From IMG/VR virus record IMGVR_UViG_3300044949_000260, positions 1 to 40,014 of that record: a stretch of 40,014 bases of DNA; one strand, 5' to 3'. Position numbers and translations under genes: made by a program. Below are positions 1-7,263 of the stretch, piece by piece. The notes beneath the pieces are model-generated. The model was not told the DNA's origin. It saw nothing but the letters and a program-made list of their open reading frames with translations, and searched no databases. Position 1 is the stretch's first letter; every line of letters begins with the position of its first letter. Origin of the DNA: a virus. Lineage: Duplodnaviria; Caudoviricetes.

Positions 1-13
1 AATGCGCTGAAGA

Positions 14-139
14 TGAGCAAAATCAGTTTGATCATCTTCAGCGCATTGGCTCCCAGGTGCTCGGCGGCTTTGTCGATGTTGCTCATAACTTGATCCCTCT
101 CACCAGGTGCTCTTGATTGATGCGCTTGCAATCGATCTC
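14..139. repeat. 126-bp terminal direct repeat, copy 1 (circular-assembly overlap)
   Basis: 14-139 is identical to 39889-40014, and ORFs read continuously across the junction. Confidence 0.95.
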
Positions 140-286
140 TGGCTTGTATGCTGGCCAATGTCCTTCGCGCACCATGTCGCAGTAATGTTGCTCTGCCTTG
201 ATGGCATCGTCGTAGTCCATCTGGTTGACGAATGCAAATGCACCAAGCAATGCAATCCATATCGAAATTGTTTTGATCGTGCTCAT
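83..286 (-). CDS. Small hypothetical membrane/secreted protein
   Basis: 67 aa with an N-terminal hydrophobic segment; AAGGAG RBS; ATGA overlaps with both neighbours. Confidence 0.75.
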   Translation of the reverse strand: MSTIKTISIWIALLGAFAFVNQMDYDDAIKAEQHYCDMVREGHWPAYKPEIDCKRINQEHLVRGIKL

Positions 287-675
287 GTTCTCTCCTTTGG
301 TATCGCCATCCTGTCGCGTAAATCGTCCATCATTTTTTTCACCCTGGCTCTGTTGATCGCCATCTGCTCTTCAGAAATCTTGTGCTCCAACTTCGGCGGT
401 TCAGGTCTTGGCGCCATGCGGCACAGTTCTTTGAACTTGATGCAGTTGGGCACGCGTTCAGGCAAGTGCTCGAGTGCGTATGCGATGGCCTCTGGCCACT
501 TCACAAACCCACCCAGTTCTTCAGCCCATGTGGCCTTTGCGTTTTCAAGTCCAGCGTCAATGCCATTGACCATGCCGGTGCTGTATTGCCCAGTGAACTC
601 TCGGCCATAGATGCCTTGGAGCCTGGCAAAGATCTTCTCAACCCAGGCGTTTGGCAGTATTGGATTCGGCGTCAT
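283..675 (-). CDS. Putative replication protein P-like helicase loader/inhibitor (130 aa, start MTPNPILP)
   Basis: Directly downstream of the initiator; W..EL...AL..LP...P...F..LCR pattern typical of lambdoid P-like proteins; GAAGGGG RBS before the ATG at 675. Confidence 0.6.
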   Translation of the reverse strand: MTPNPILPNAWVEKIFARLQGIYGREFTGQYSTGMVNGIDAGLENAKATWAEELGGFVKWPEAIAYALEHLPERVPNCIKFKELCRMAPRPEPPKLEHKISEEQMAINRARVKKMMDDLRDRMAIPKERT

Positions 676-1405
676 AAATTTCCCCTTCAATGATGGTTCC
701 TTGGTATTCGTCGTGTTTCGGTAAAAGTCCAAGAGATCTGGCAATGCCCTCTTGGTTGATCTGGTGCTGAGTCTTGTTGCTGTTCTGGTCCTTGTTGACC
801 CAGTCTGCTTTGAACCCTGCCCATCCCCTTGCACAGCATTCGGTCAATGCGGCATTGAGTGACCAGCCTGCTTTGCGTGCTTCGCGCTCGATGCCTGCCA
901 TGGCCGCTTGAGTGACTGGTGCCTTCTTGGCTTTGCGGACTTTTGTGAATCCATCCCAGACTTCAGGCGATACGCCATCAGGGCAGGACAAGGGCTTGTC
1001 CCTTGTACTTATCTTTGTTTCTTGTTTTATGTTTACTGTTTCTTGTTTATTGTTTGGTTGCACGGTCGTTGAACGAGCGTTGGACCTGCGTTCGGCAGAT
1101 GCTTTTCCCGCTCTGGATGCGGCTTCTAGCCTGTTGTGGTACTTCGCGATCTCTTCATCTGCCCTGCGATTGACCCACCCAGACCCCTCGACAAGTTCAA
1201 AAAATTCCTCGAGAACGGCCCCGACTTCGTCTTCGTGATCGCGCATGTTGATCGCCCGTGCAACGGTCGTTGAACACTCGTTCAACGGTTGTTCGTGCAG
1301 GTAGTACAGATCGAGCAGACGACGGTAAGCACAGTCCTCAATCACCGTGAGGTGCCGGGTGTGGCTTATGTAGTCGCCGATGTTGAATGAGTAGAAGTGC
1401 ATCAC
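638..1405 (-). CDS. Phage replication initiator, YdaU/DUF1376 family
   Basis: N-terminus MHFYSFNIGDYISHTRHL...AYRRLLDLYY is typical of DUF1376; C-terminal W..F...RKAKKAP...RGWAGFKADW initiator domain. Confidence 0.8.
   Translation of the reverse strand: MMHFYSFNIGDYISHTRHLTVIEDCAYRRLLDLYYLHEQPLNECSTTVARAINMRDHEDEVGAVLEEFFELVEGSGWVNRRADEEIAKYHNRLEAASRAGKASAERRSNARSTTVQPNNKQETVNIKQETKISTRDKPLSCPDGVSPEVWDGFTKVRKAKKAPVTQAAMAGIEREARKAGWSLNAALTECCARGWAGFKADWVNKDQNSNKTQHQINQEGIARSLGLLPKHDEYQGTIIEGEIYDAESNTAKRLG
1005..1290. repeat. Putative replication origin: iteron-like repeats and AT-rich tract inside the initiator gene
   Basis: ACGGTCGTTGAAC at 1062-1074 and 1263-1275; inverted repeat CGTTGAAC-N4-GTTCAACG at 1268-1287; T-rich TGTTTCTTGTTT duplication at about 1006-1048. 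Confidence 0.5.
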
Positions 1406-1590
1406 GCACCTGCCTTGGCCTGGTCAAGCAATGATCGAATCGTGTCATCGCTCTTGACCTTGGCTTTGTTGGTGCATGCAACGCAGGCCGCGTTGATGGT
1501 GTACCTCAGTGTCTCGCCGCAGGCTTTGCAGGGCTTACCGGTGTACTTGCGCTCGCCGTTTTTGGCGGCTTTGATACGGGGGGAATCCAA
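1402..1590 (-). CDS. Small CxxC...CxxC zinc-finger protein
   Basis: KYTGKPCKACGETLRY...ACVAC; TTG start with GAGGAG RBS; ATGA overlap with the initiator gene. Confidence 0.75.
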   Translation of the reverse strand: MDSPRIKAAKNGERKYTGKPCKACGETLRYTINAACVACTNKAKVKSDDTIRSLLDQAKAGA

Positions 1591-1621
1591 TTTAACACTC
1601 CTCTTGGTTGATGGTTTTCTA

Positions 1622-1652
1622 ATTCTAAACCAATACCAAGAGGAGGTGTCAA
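1622..1652 (-). promoter_or_regulatory. Sigma70-like promoter (TTGACA-N19-TAGAAT) for the replication genes, overlapping an inverted repeat
   Basis: Minus-strand TTGACA at 1652-1647 and TAGAAT at 1627-1622; 11-bp perfect inverted repeat at 1598-1608/1635-1645. Confidence 0.5.
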
Positions 1653-1660
1653 GCGTTTTT

Positions 1661-1969
1661 TTACAGGTCGGTTTCTTTCACGAAAACGCCGTCAATCATG
1701 CGGCCCTTGCGGTCCTTGATTTCGTCGTAAGCCATCTCGATGCAGGCCTCGATGCTGAAGCCCATCTGCTCGGCCAGGATGGTCAGCACCACCACGGCGT
1801 CGCCGATTCCGTCCATCACCTTGACCGTGTCCTTGCGGGCCAAGCCTGCGGCCAACTCGCCGATTTCCTCGATCAGTTTGGTGAACTGCTTGTCGGTCGT
1901 GCTACCCGACACCAGGTTGCGCTGGTGCGCCCAGCCACGAATGCGCACAAAGTCTTCATAGGTTTTCAT
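1661..1969 (-). CDS. MazG-like nucleotide pyrophosphohydrolase
   Basis: QFTKLIEEIGELA...DGIGDAVVVL...AYDEIKDRKGRMIDGVFVKE, the phage MazG-like signature. Confidence 0.85.
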   Translation of the reverse strand: MKTYEDFVRIRGWAHQRNLVSGSTTDKQFTKLIEEIGELAAGLARKDTVKVMDGIGDAVVVLTILAEQMGFSIEACIEMAYDEIKDRKGRMIDGVFVKETDL

Positions 1970-1977
1970 TGGGTACC

Positions 1978-2367
1978 TCAAAATGGGATGTCGTCGTCCA
2001 TGTCTGCCATGTCACCGGCAGGCTGTTGCGTTTGTTGCGTTTGCTGTGGGCGTGCTGGCGCGTCACCCTTTGGCGGCAGGTCTATCTGGTCCACAGAAAT
2101 GCGCAGGCGCGTTTTTGGCGTGCCGTCCTTGGCTTTGTATTCCTCGAGTTTGATCGGGCCGCTGACGGTCACGCGCTGGCCTTTGGCCATGTACGGTTGC
2201 AGGCTGGTTGCCCGCTTCCCCCACAGTGCGCAGTCCACCCACATGGTTTCAGGTTTGTCTTTGGTGCCGATGGCCACGCCGATGGCAAAGTTCAAGATGT
2301 TGTCGCCGTTGTGCTGGCGCAGTTCGGGGTCGCGCCCCAGGTTGCCGGTCAATATTGCAATGTTCAT
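1978..2367 (-). CDS. ssb: Single-stranded DNA-binding protein
   Basis: MNIAILTGNLGRDPELR OB-fold start and acidic C-terminal tail DDDIPF. Confidence 0.95.
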   Translation of the reverse strand: MNIAILTGNLGRDPELRQHNGDNILNFAIGVAIGTKDKPETMWVDCALWGKRATSLQPYMAKGQRVTVSGPIKLEEYKAKDGTPKTRLRISVDQIDLPPKGDAPARPQQTQQTQQPAGDMADMDDDIPF

Positions 2368-2729
2368 GCGTTGGATTCCTTCGAAATTTGGACGCGTACG
2401 AAACCACCGATCTGCCCCGCGTCCACTCGTGCAGTCAGTGTTGTGAATTGCTTGTCGTTGATCTTGAGTGCATCAGCGACGCCATCGAGGCCAGACTTCA
2501 TCCTGGCCACCAGGTTGTCGCGATCGTAACTGCGCCGGTCGGGCGGCACGAACTCGAGCACCAGGTGCAGATTGCCAGCGATGTCAGGTCTTACGGCCCC
2601 CGCCTGCTCGAGCACCATGGCCCAGCATGCAGTGCGGTACTGCGCTTTGGCACTGGAAACTTTGGACCAGTGCAGGCGCTTGTTCGGCGACAGTTCAGAC
2701 GGTGGCCATCCAAGGGTGAACTCAATCAT
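2364..2729 (-). CDS. rusA: RusA-like Holliday junction resolvase
   Basis: LGWPPSELSPN...PPDRRSYDRDNL..MKSGLDGVADALKINDK motif. Confidence 0.75.
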   Translation of the reverse strand: MIEFTLGWPPSELSPNKRLHWSKVSSAKAQYRTACWAMVLEQAGAVRPDIAGNLHLVLEFVPPDRRSYDRDNLVARMKSGLDGVADALKINDKQFTTLTARVDAGQIGGFVRVQISKESNA

Positions 2730-2955
2730 TGACTTCGCGCCCGAAGATCATGTCGTGCGCAGTGATGTCAATGCCTCGCTCCCAGGCCATCTCCAGCAGG
2801 CGGCGCTGTACGGCAGTGGGAACGACGCCAGACTTTTGCCAGCGTGAGACTGCGGCAGGATCTCGGCCAAGGGCGCGTGCCAACTTGCGCACGCCACCAA
2901 ACATGTCGATTGCCAGTTCGACAGGGGATGTGTGATTGTTCAAAGTGTTGTTCAT
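2722..2955 (-). CDS. Cro-like helix-turn-helix regulator
   Basis: IDMFGGVRKLARALGRDPAAVSRWQKSGVVP; first gene of the leftward operon at the divergent control region. Confidence 0.85.
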   Translation of the reverse strand: MNNTLNNHTSPVELAIDMFGGVRKLARALGRDPAAVSRWQKSGVVPTAVQRRLLEMAWERGIDITAHDMIFGREVND

Positions 2956-2962
2956 CCCTCAA

Positions 2963-2981
2963 TGATGACACATCATCAACA
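2963..2981. promoter_or_regulatory. Operator-like palindrome TGATGA-N7-TCAACA
   Basis: Lies just upstream of the cro-like start; same geometry as the sites at 3061, 4202 and 38037. Confidence 0.55.
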
Positions 2982-3044
2982 AGTCTGGAAGCCTTGATTT
3001 ACCTGGGCGGAACGAATACCCACATAAAAAACTCGGAAAAGGTA

Positions 3045-3079
3045 TTGCGTTGTGGATTTGTGTTGATGTAAGATCACCA
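3045..3079 (+). promoter_or_regulatory. Candidate rightward early promoter (TTGCGT-N18-TAAGAT) overlapped by operator TGTTGA-N7-TCACCA
   Basis: Located in the divergent intergenic region; operator at 3061-3079. Confidence 0.45.
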
Positions 3080-3239
3080 TATCGGACGGAAAAACGATAC
3101 CGCATTCAGCACCGAGCGATGGCCACCTGGCCTGACAGAGTTCGCTAAATGGCTGTGACGACATTCTGGGAAAGATCCGAAAGCAGGCCTATTAACCCAA
3201 TGCCTGCACCCTTTAACTGTCAAGACACTGGAGAGCACC

Positions 3240-3533
3240 ATGACCACTATCACCACCACCCCCGCATCCGCTGACGAACTCGGCACCCTGCTGGCTCAGA
3301 TTGCCACGCTGACCAAGCAAGCCGACAGCATCAAAGATTCCATGAAAGACATCGCCAGCAAGGGCGGCGCCACTGTGTTCGAAGGCGCCCTGTTTAAGGC
3401 GTCATATGTCGAGGCCAACCGCTCGGTCACCGACTGGAAAAAACTGGCCGCTGACCTGGGCATCAGCGCCGACAAGATCGCCGAATACACCAGCACCACC
3501 GCTGTGTTCAGCATCAAGACCACAGCACGATGA
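3240..3533 (+). CDS. Hypothetical early protein
   Basis: GGAGAG RBS; phage-like codon usage; DELG.L.AQI..L helical motif. Confidence 0.8.
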   Translation: MTTITTTPASADELGTLLAQIATLTKQADSIKDSMKDIASKGGATVFEGALFKASYVEANRSVTDWKKLAADLGISADKIAEYTSTTAVFSIKTTAR

Positions 3534-3676
3534 TCCAGTACGGCATCCTGGATGACGAGGGCGCCGTGGTGCGCTGGGTATGGGACAAACCCTTATATCC
3601 GCACATTACCCGCAAGGTGCCCCGTCACCGCAAGCCCAAGATCAATTGGACCAATTTTGAACCCGCACCATTCTGA
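3530..3676 (+). CDS. Small hypothetical protein (48 aa, MIQYGILDDEG...NFEPAPF)
   Basis: Not in the ORF track; ATGA overlap with the upstream gene and fills the gap exactly. Confidence 0.7.
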   Translation: MIQYGILDDEGAVVRWVWDKPLYPHITRKVPRHRKPKINWTNFEPAPF

Positions 3677-3686
3677 GGAGAACACC

Positions 3687-3929
3687 ATGGACACATACAC
3701 CGCAACCGGCATCGCTGAAGGTTTCATCGAGGCAGACAGCAACGAGCAGGTCATCGAGGCCTGGCAGACATTGATCGACACCGGCCTGGCCTGGCAACTG
3801 CAAGGCTGGTTTGGCCGTCAGGCCCAGCGCCTGATCGAGGATGGGTACTGCCTACCCGCCGAAGAAAGCCGCCTGCTACGGGCCGCAAAAGCCCTGGGCA
3901 AGATCGAATTTGTCAAGGTGGGGGGCTGA
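3687..3929 (+). CDS. Hypothetical protein (AWQ.LIDTGLAWQLQGWFGR family)
   Basis: GAGGAG RBS before the ATG at 3687; I recognise the motif from other phage proteins. Confidence 0.8.
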   Translation: MDTYTATGIAEGFIEADSNEQVIEAWQTLIDTGLAWQLQGWFGRQAQRLIEDGYCLPAEESRLLRAAKALGKIEFVKVGG

Positions 3930-3931
3930 TC

Positions 3932-4207
3932 ATGTGGTTCACATCCTCACACGGCACGATTGAAATCGAAATGACCATGGCGCAGGCCCAGTCGGCAACA
4001 CACCCAGGCCCATGCGACGACGATGTCCTGGCCCTGTCCAACAACCGCAAGATCCGCCGCCAGTTGGAGCGCATCGATCCAGCGGCATTGCGCAAAGAGT
4101 TGGCCGAGTACGGCGCCTGGGATGAGCAGGAGTTGGCCGACCACGAGCAGAACCTACAGCGCATTCTTTGGATCGCGGCAGGCGACATCGTCGAGAATAG
4201 TCGTTGA
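3932..4207 (+). CDS. Hypothetical early protein
   Basis: Tightly packed ORF; L.EYGAWD.EL.D...N..R.LWIAAGDI motif. Confidence 0.8.
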   Translation: MWFTSSHGTIEIEMTMAQAQSATHPGPCDDDVLALSNNRKIRRQLERIDPAALRKELAEYGAWDEQELADHEQNLQRILWIAAGDIVENSR

Positions 4208-4234
4208 CACTTGATCAACAATCTAGGTTATAAT
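4202..4234 (+). promoter_or_regulatory. Promoter TTGACA-N19-TATAAT overlapped by operator CGTTGA-N7-TCAACA
   Basis: TTGACA at 4204-4209, TATAAT at 4229-4234, palindrome at 4202-4220; upstream of the recombination operon. Confidence 0.6.
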
Positions 4235-4262
4235 TTCAACAGTTCACCACAAGGAGATACAA

Positions 4263-4442
4263 ATGGCAGACATCAGCATTCATAACACCAAGTCGATCGT
4301 CATCAGCGAAATTCGCGAGATCAATGGCAATACTCCGCTGTACACGAGAGACATTACCATCACCGACGCCCTTGGCCAGGAGATCATCATCACCTGCTTT
4401 TCGACCTGCGAAGAGGCTGAAGAGTTGCGGGTGTTGCTGTGA
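4263..4442 (+). CDS. Small hypothetical protein (59 aa, MADISIHNTK...)
   Basis: Strong AAGGAG RBS; GTGA overlap with the next gene; below the ORF-track length cutoff. Confidence 0.75.
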   Translation: MADISIHNTKSIVISEIREINGNTPLYTRDITITDALGQEIIITCFSTCEEAEELRVLL

Positions 4443-4702
4443 AGCGCACGCATTACATCGCCGAGATCGAGCACCGCGTCAGCGGCATCCCGTGCTTGAT
4501 CGGCGTTACCGATTACGAGGGCTACACACCCGCGTATGTCTCGGGGCCACCAGAGAACTGCTACCCATCCGAAGGTGGCACTGGTGACTACGAGATCCTG
4601 GACCGCAAAGGCTACCGCGCAAAGTGGCTCGAGCGGAAACTCACAAGCAAAGAAGAAGACCTGATCCAGGAGGCGATCTTCGAATACATGGAGAACGATT
4701 GA
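4439..4702 (+). CDS. Hypothetical protein
   Basis: GTG start overlapping the upstream stop; GIPCLIGV...GPPENCYP...LDRKGYRAKWLERKL motif. Confidence 0.8.
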   Translation: MKRTHYIAEIEHRVSGIPCLIGVTDYEGYTPAYVSGPPENCYPSEGGTGDYEILDRKGYRAKWLERKLTSKEEDLIQEAIFEYMEND

Positions 4703-5652
4703 TGAACATACAAACCATCCCAATTGAAAACCAGCATCAATGGCTCACTGAGCGGGCCAAAGATGTCACCAGCACCGAAGTGTCTGCGCTCTTCGGCTTG
4801 TCGCCTTACCTCACTGAGTTCGAACTGTTTCACCAGAAACGCGATTCGGTTGTGGTCAAGATCGAGCCGAACGAACGCATGAAGTGGGGCAACCGCCTCG
4901 AGTCGGCCATTGCGCACGGCGCCGCCGAAGACATGGGCTGGAACATCGCAAAGTTCAATGTCTACATGCGCGACCAGGCCGCACGCATTGGCTCAAGTTT
5001 TGACTTTGAGATCAAGTCCAGCGCCAACGGGCCAGGCATCCTCGAAGTCAAGAATGTCGACTGGGTCCAGTATCAGAAGTCATGGATTGACGACGGCGCC
5101 GGGAACATTGAAGCGCCGGAGCACATCGAGTTGCAGGTCCAGCACCAGATGGAAGTCAGCGGCTTCGAGTGGTGCGCGATTGTGGCCCTGGTCGGAGGCA
5201 ACGAGCAAAAGATAGTCCTCCGAAATCGCGATCGGGACATTGGCAAAAGTATACGCGAGAAGACCGGAGAGTTCTGGAATCGCGTCCTGCAAAACCAGCC
5301 GCCCAGCGCCGACTACACCCGCGATGCTGAGTTCATCATCAAGCAGTTGCGCAATGGCGCAGACGAAGGCTTGGTGGCCGAGGCGGACCCTGAACTCGAG
5401 AACATGATTAAGCAATACGAGTTCGTGCGCAAAGAAGCCAGCGACCTTGAAAAGATGAAGGAACAGCGACGCGCTGAAATCCTGGAGCGCATTGGCCGCG
5501 CCAGCAAAGTCCTCACCAGTTTTGGCTCGCTATCGACGGGGCAAGTCAAAGGCCGATCAGGCACTCTCATCACACCTGAGATGGTCGGCACAGTCATCGG
5601 CGCAACCGAGGGCTACCGCAGTTTCCGTTTTTATCCCAAGAAGGAGAAGTAA
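4702..5652 (+). CDS. YqaJ-like viral recombinase exonuclease
   Basis: W..ER.K.VTSTEV.ALFG.SPY, WGNRLE, SSFD..I, LEVKN, LQVQHQM motifs; upstream of recT. Confidence 0.9.
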   Translation: MNIQTIPIENQHQWLTERAKDVTSTEVSALFGLSPYLTEFELFHQKRDSVVVKIEPNERMKWGNRLESAIAHGAAEDMGWNIAKFNVYMRDQAARIGSSFDFEIKSSANGPGILEVKNVDWVQYQKSWIDDGAGNIEAPEHIELQVQHQMEVSGFEWCAIVALVGGNEQKIVLRNRDRDIGKSIREKTGEFWNRVLQNQPPSADYTRDAEFIIKQLRNGADEGLVAEADPELENMIKQYEFVRKEASDLEKMKEQRRAEILERIGRASKVLTSFGSLSTGQVKGRSGTLITPEMVGTVIGATEGYRSFRFYPKKEK

Positions 5653-5654
5653 CC

Positions 5655-5882
5655 ATGGCAACCGAGCAACGCATTTACAAAGTCACCAGCAACGACAAGG
5701 CCTACCTGGTGCAGGCCATCAGCCAGGCACAAGCACTGCGTCACATCGCAGGCCGCATGTACCAGGTCGAAGCCGCTAGGCCCATCGATGTCGCCACGCT
5801 CATGAGCAACGGCATCAAACTCGAGGTGGCCAGCACGGTGCCCGAGCAAGACCAACTGAAATTTGAAGGAGCACAAGCATGA
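5655..5882 (+). CDS. Hypothetical protein
   Basis: AAGGAG RBS; RIY.V....LVQA.SQAQALRH motif. Confidence 0.8.
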   Translation: MATEQRIYKVTSNDKAYLVQAISQAQALRHIAGRMYQVEAARPIDVATLMSNGIKLEVASTVPEQDQLKFEGAQA

Positions 5883-6727
5883 CTACAGGAACAGAACTCA
5901 CACCCATCGAGGCAATGCGCGGCACCCTCGTGAAGATGCAACCAGAATTCCAGGCCGCACTGCCACCGCAGATTCCGGTCGAGAAGTTCATCCGCACCAC
6001 ACTGACCGCTGTGCAAATGAACCCTGAACTGCTGGGCGCCGATCGCCGCAGTCTGCTGGGCGCATGCATGAAGGCCGCACAAGATGGCCTGCTGTTGGAT
6101 GGCCGCGAGGCCGCGCCCGTGATCTTCCGCACCAAGGAAGGCCCGAAGGTGCAGTACATGCCCATGGTCGGCGGCATCTTGAAAAAGATCCGCAACTCGG
6201 GCGAACTGGCCAGCATCAGCGCACATGTGGTCTACAGCAATGATCAGTTCGAATACGAACTCGGCGACAACGAGAACATCATTCACAAGCCTTTCCTGGG
6301 TGAGGATCGCGGCAAGCCGATTGCAGTCTATGCTGTAGCCAAGACCAAAGACGGCGCGATCTACCGCGAGGTAATGAGCGTGGCCGATGTCGATAAGGTA
6401 CGCCAGGCAAGCCGCGCCAAAGACGCTGGCCCATGGGTCCAGTGGTGGGATGAGATGGCCAAGAAGACCGTCATCCGCCGGATGGCCAAACGCCTGCCGT
6501 CCAGCGCCGATGTCGACCAGGTTTTGGCCAGTGACAACGAGGCATCAGGATTCGTCCAGATCGAGCGCAGAGACGCGATCAACATCACGCCAATGCCAGA
6601 GGCCCAGCAAGCCCCTTTAAGCCGCCTGAAGGCCTCTATGGGCCAGCCGGTGGACGAGGCTATCGACCAGGCAACTGGTGAAATCACACAACCGGAGGTG
6701 GCAAATGTCCCAACTGTTGACGCCTAA
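5879..6727 (+). CDS. recT: RecT-family single-strand annealing protein
   Basis: ALP.I..EKF.R...NPEL..D..SL..AC..AAQDGL..DGREA, GPW..W.DEMAKKTVIRR.AKRLP. Confidence 0.92.
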   Translation: MTTGTELTPIEAMRGTLVKMQPEFQAALPPQIPVEKFIRTTLTAVQMNPELLGADRRSLLGACMKAAQDGLLLDGREAAPVIFRTKEGPKVQYMPMVGGILKKIRNSGELASISAHVVYSNDQFEYELGDNENIIHKPFLGEDRGKPIAVYAVAKTKDGAIYREVMSVADVDKVRQASRAKDAGPWVQWWDEMAKKTVIRRMAKRLPSSADVDQVLASDNEASGFVQIERRDAINITPMPEAQQAPLSRLKASMGQPVDEAIDQATGEITQPEVANVPTVDA

Positions 6728-6902
6728 ACAATTGTGCGAACGGTGGAAGGTCGCCGACAACACTCTGCGCAAGTGGCGGGTAGCCAATGTCGGACCGGCT
6801 TACATCAAACTGGGGGAGGGTCGCAACAGCGAGGTGCGGTACCGCATCGACGATGTCGAGGCCTTCGAAAAAAGCAATCGATTCACGACCGACAACAAGT
6901 GA
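6705..6902 (+). CDS. Excisionase/AlpA/MerR-superfamily HTH DNA-binding protein
   Basis: LLTPKQLCERWKV...TLRKWR...GPAYIKLG....VRYRIDDVEAF; GGAGG RBS before the ATG at 6705. Confidence 0.85.
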   Translation: MSQLLTPKQLCERWKVADNTLRKWRVANVGPAYIKLGEGRNSEVRYRIDDVEAFEKSNRFTTDNK

Positions 6903-6910
6903 GGAAAGCC

Positions 6911-7177
6911 ATGAGGAACAGCATGATCACCATTCTGATTGTCTGCTCCCTTGGCTGGATCAGTGGGTGCGCAAGCGACAAGCCAAAGCCACCCACACCA
7001 GTCGAGCAGGAGTTGATTCTTGATAAACAGATTCACTCGATGAGCCGTAACGAAGTCATCACTGCGGTCCGTGAGTGTGAGTCAACAGGGCTTCGCGCCG
7101 TCATGATGTATGGAAAACGCAAGGTCAACGGGTACTCAGCCGACATCGTCATCGATGTCACATGCGCACCTAGATAA
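6911..7177 (+). CDS. Putative lipoprotein (88 aa)
   Basis: GAGG RBS; signal peptide MRNSMITILIVCSLGWISG followed by lipobox-like Cys. Confidence 0.7.
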   Translation: MRNSMITILIVCSLGWISGCASDKPKPPTPVEQELILDKQIHSMSRNEVITAVRECESTGLRAVMMYGKRKVNGYSADIVIDVTCAPR

Positions 7178-7205
7178 AAAAAACCCCAGGGCGCAAACCC
7201 TGGGG
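7176..7205 (-). terminator. Intrinsic terminator closing the late/lysis transcript
   Basis: CCCCAGGG-N6-CCCTGGGG stem followed by 8 T on the minus strand, at the point where the two operons converge. Confidence 0.85.
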
Positions 7206-7263
7206 CAACCGTCGTGAAGGAGAGTTTGGCAACTGCATTGATACGACGGAATGGAGACAACCT

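Noticed and set aside
1-47. First 16 nt (AATGCGCTGAAGATGA) are a perfect inverted copy of 32-47, resembling a hairpin telomere
   Set aside because: The other copy of this locus (39876-39922) lacks it and continues an intact ORF, and no protelomerase gene was seen. Most likely a fold-back chimeric read at the contig end.
1397-2446. 349-aa plus-strand ORF and other long antisense ORFs (14520..15575, 25471..26259, 29370..30260)
   Set aside because: They lie opposite well-supported genes, as expected in GC-rich coding DNA, and contain no recognisable motifs.
3130-3212. Hammerhead ribozyme (CTGACAGA…GAAA plus stem)
   Set aside because: The core does not fit: no CUGANGA at the correct spacing and no UH cleavage triplet after stem III.
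3149-3274. His-rich leader ORF (…EHHDHYHHHPRIR)
   Set aside because: The His run is an out-of-frame read of the Thr codons of gene 3240, and there is no RBS.
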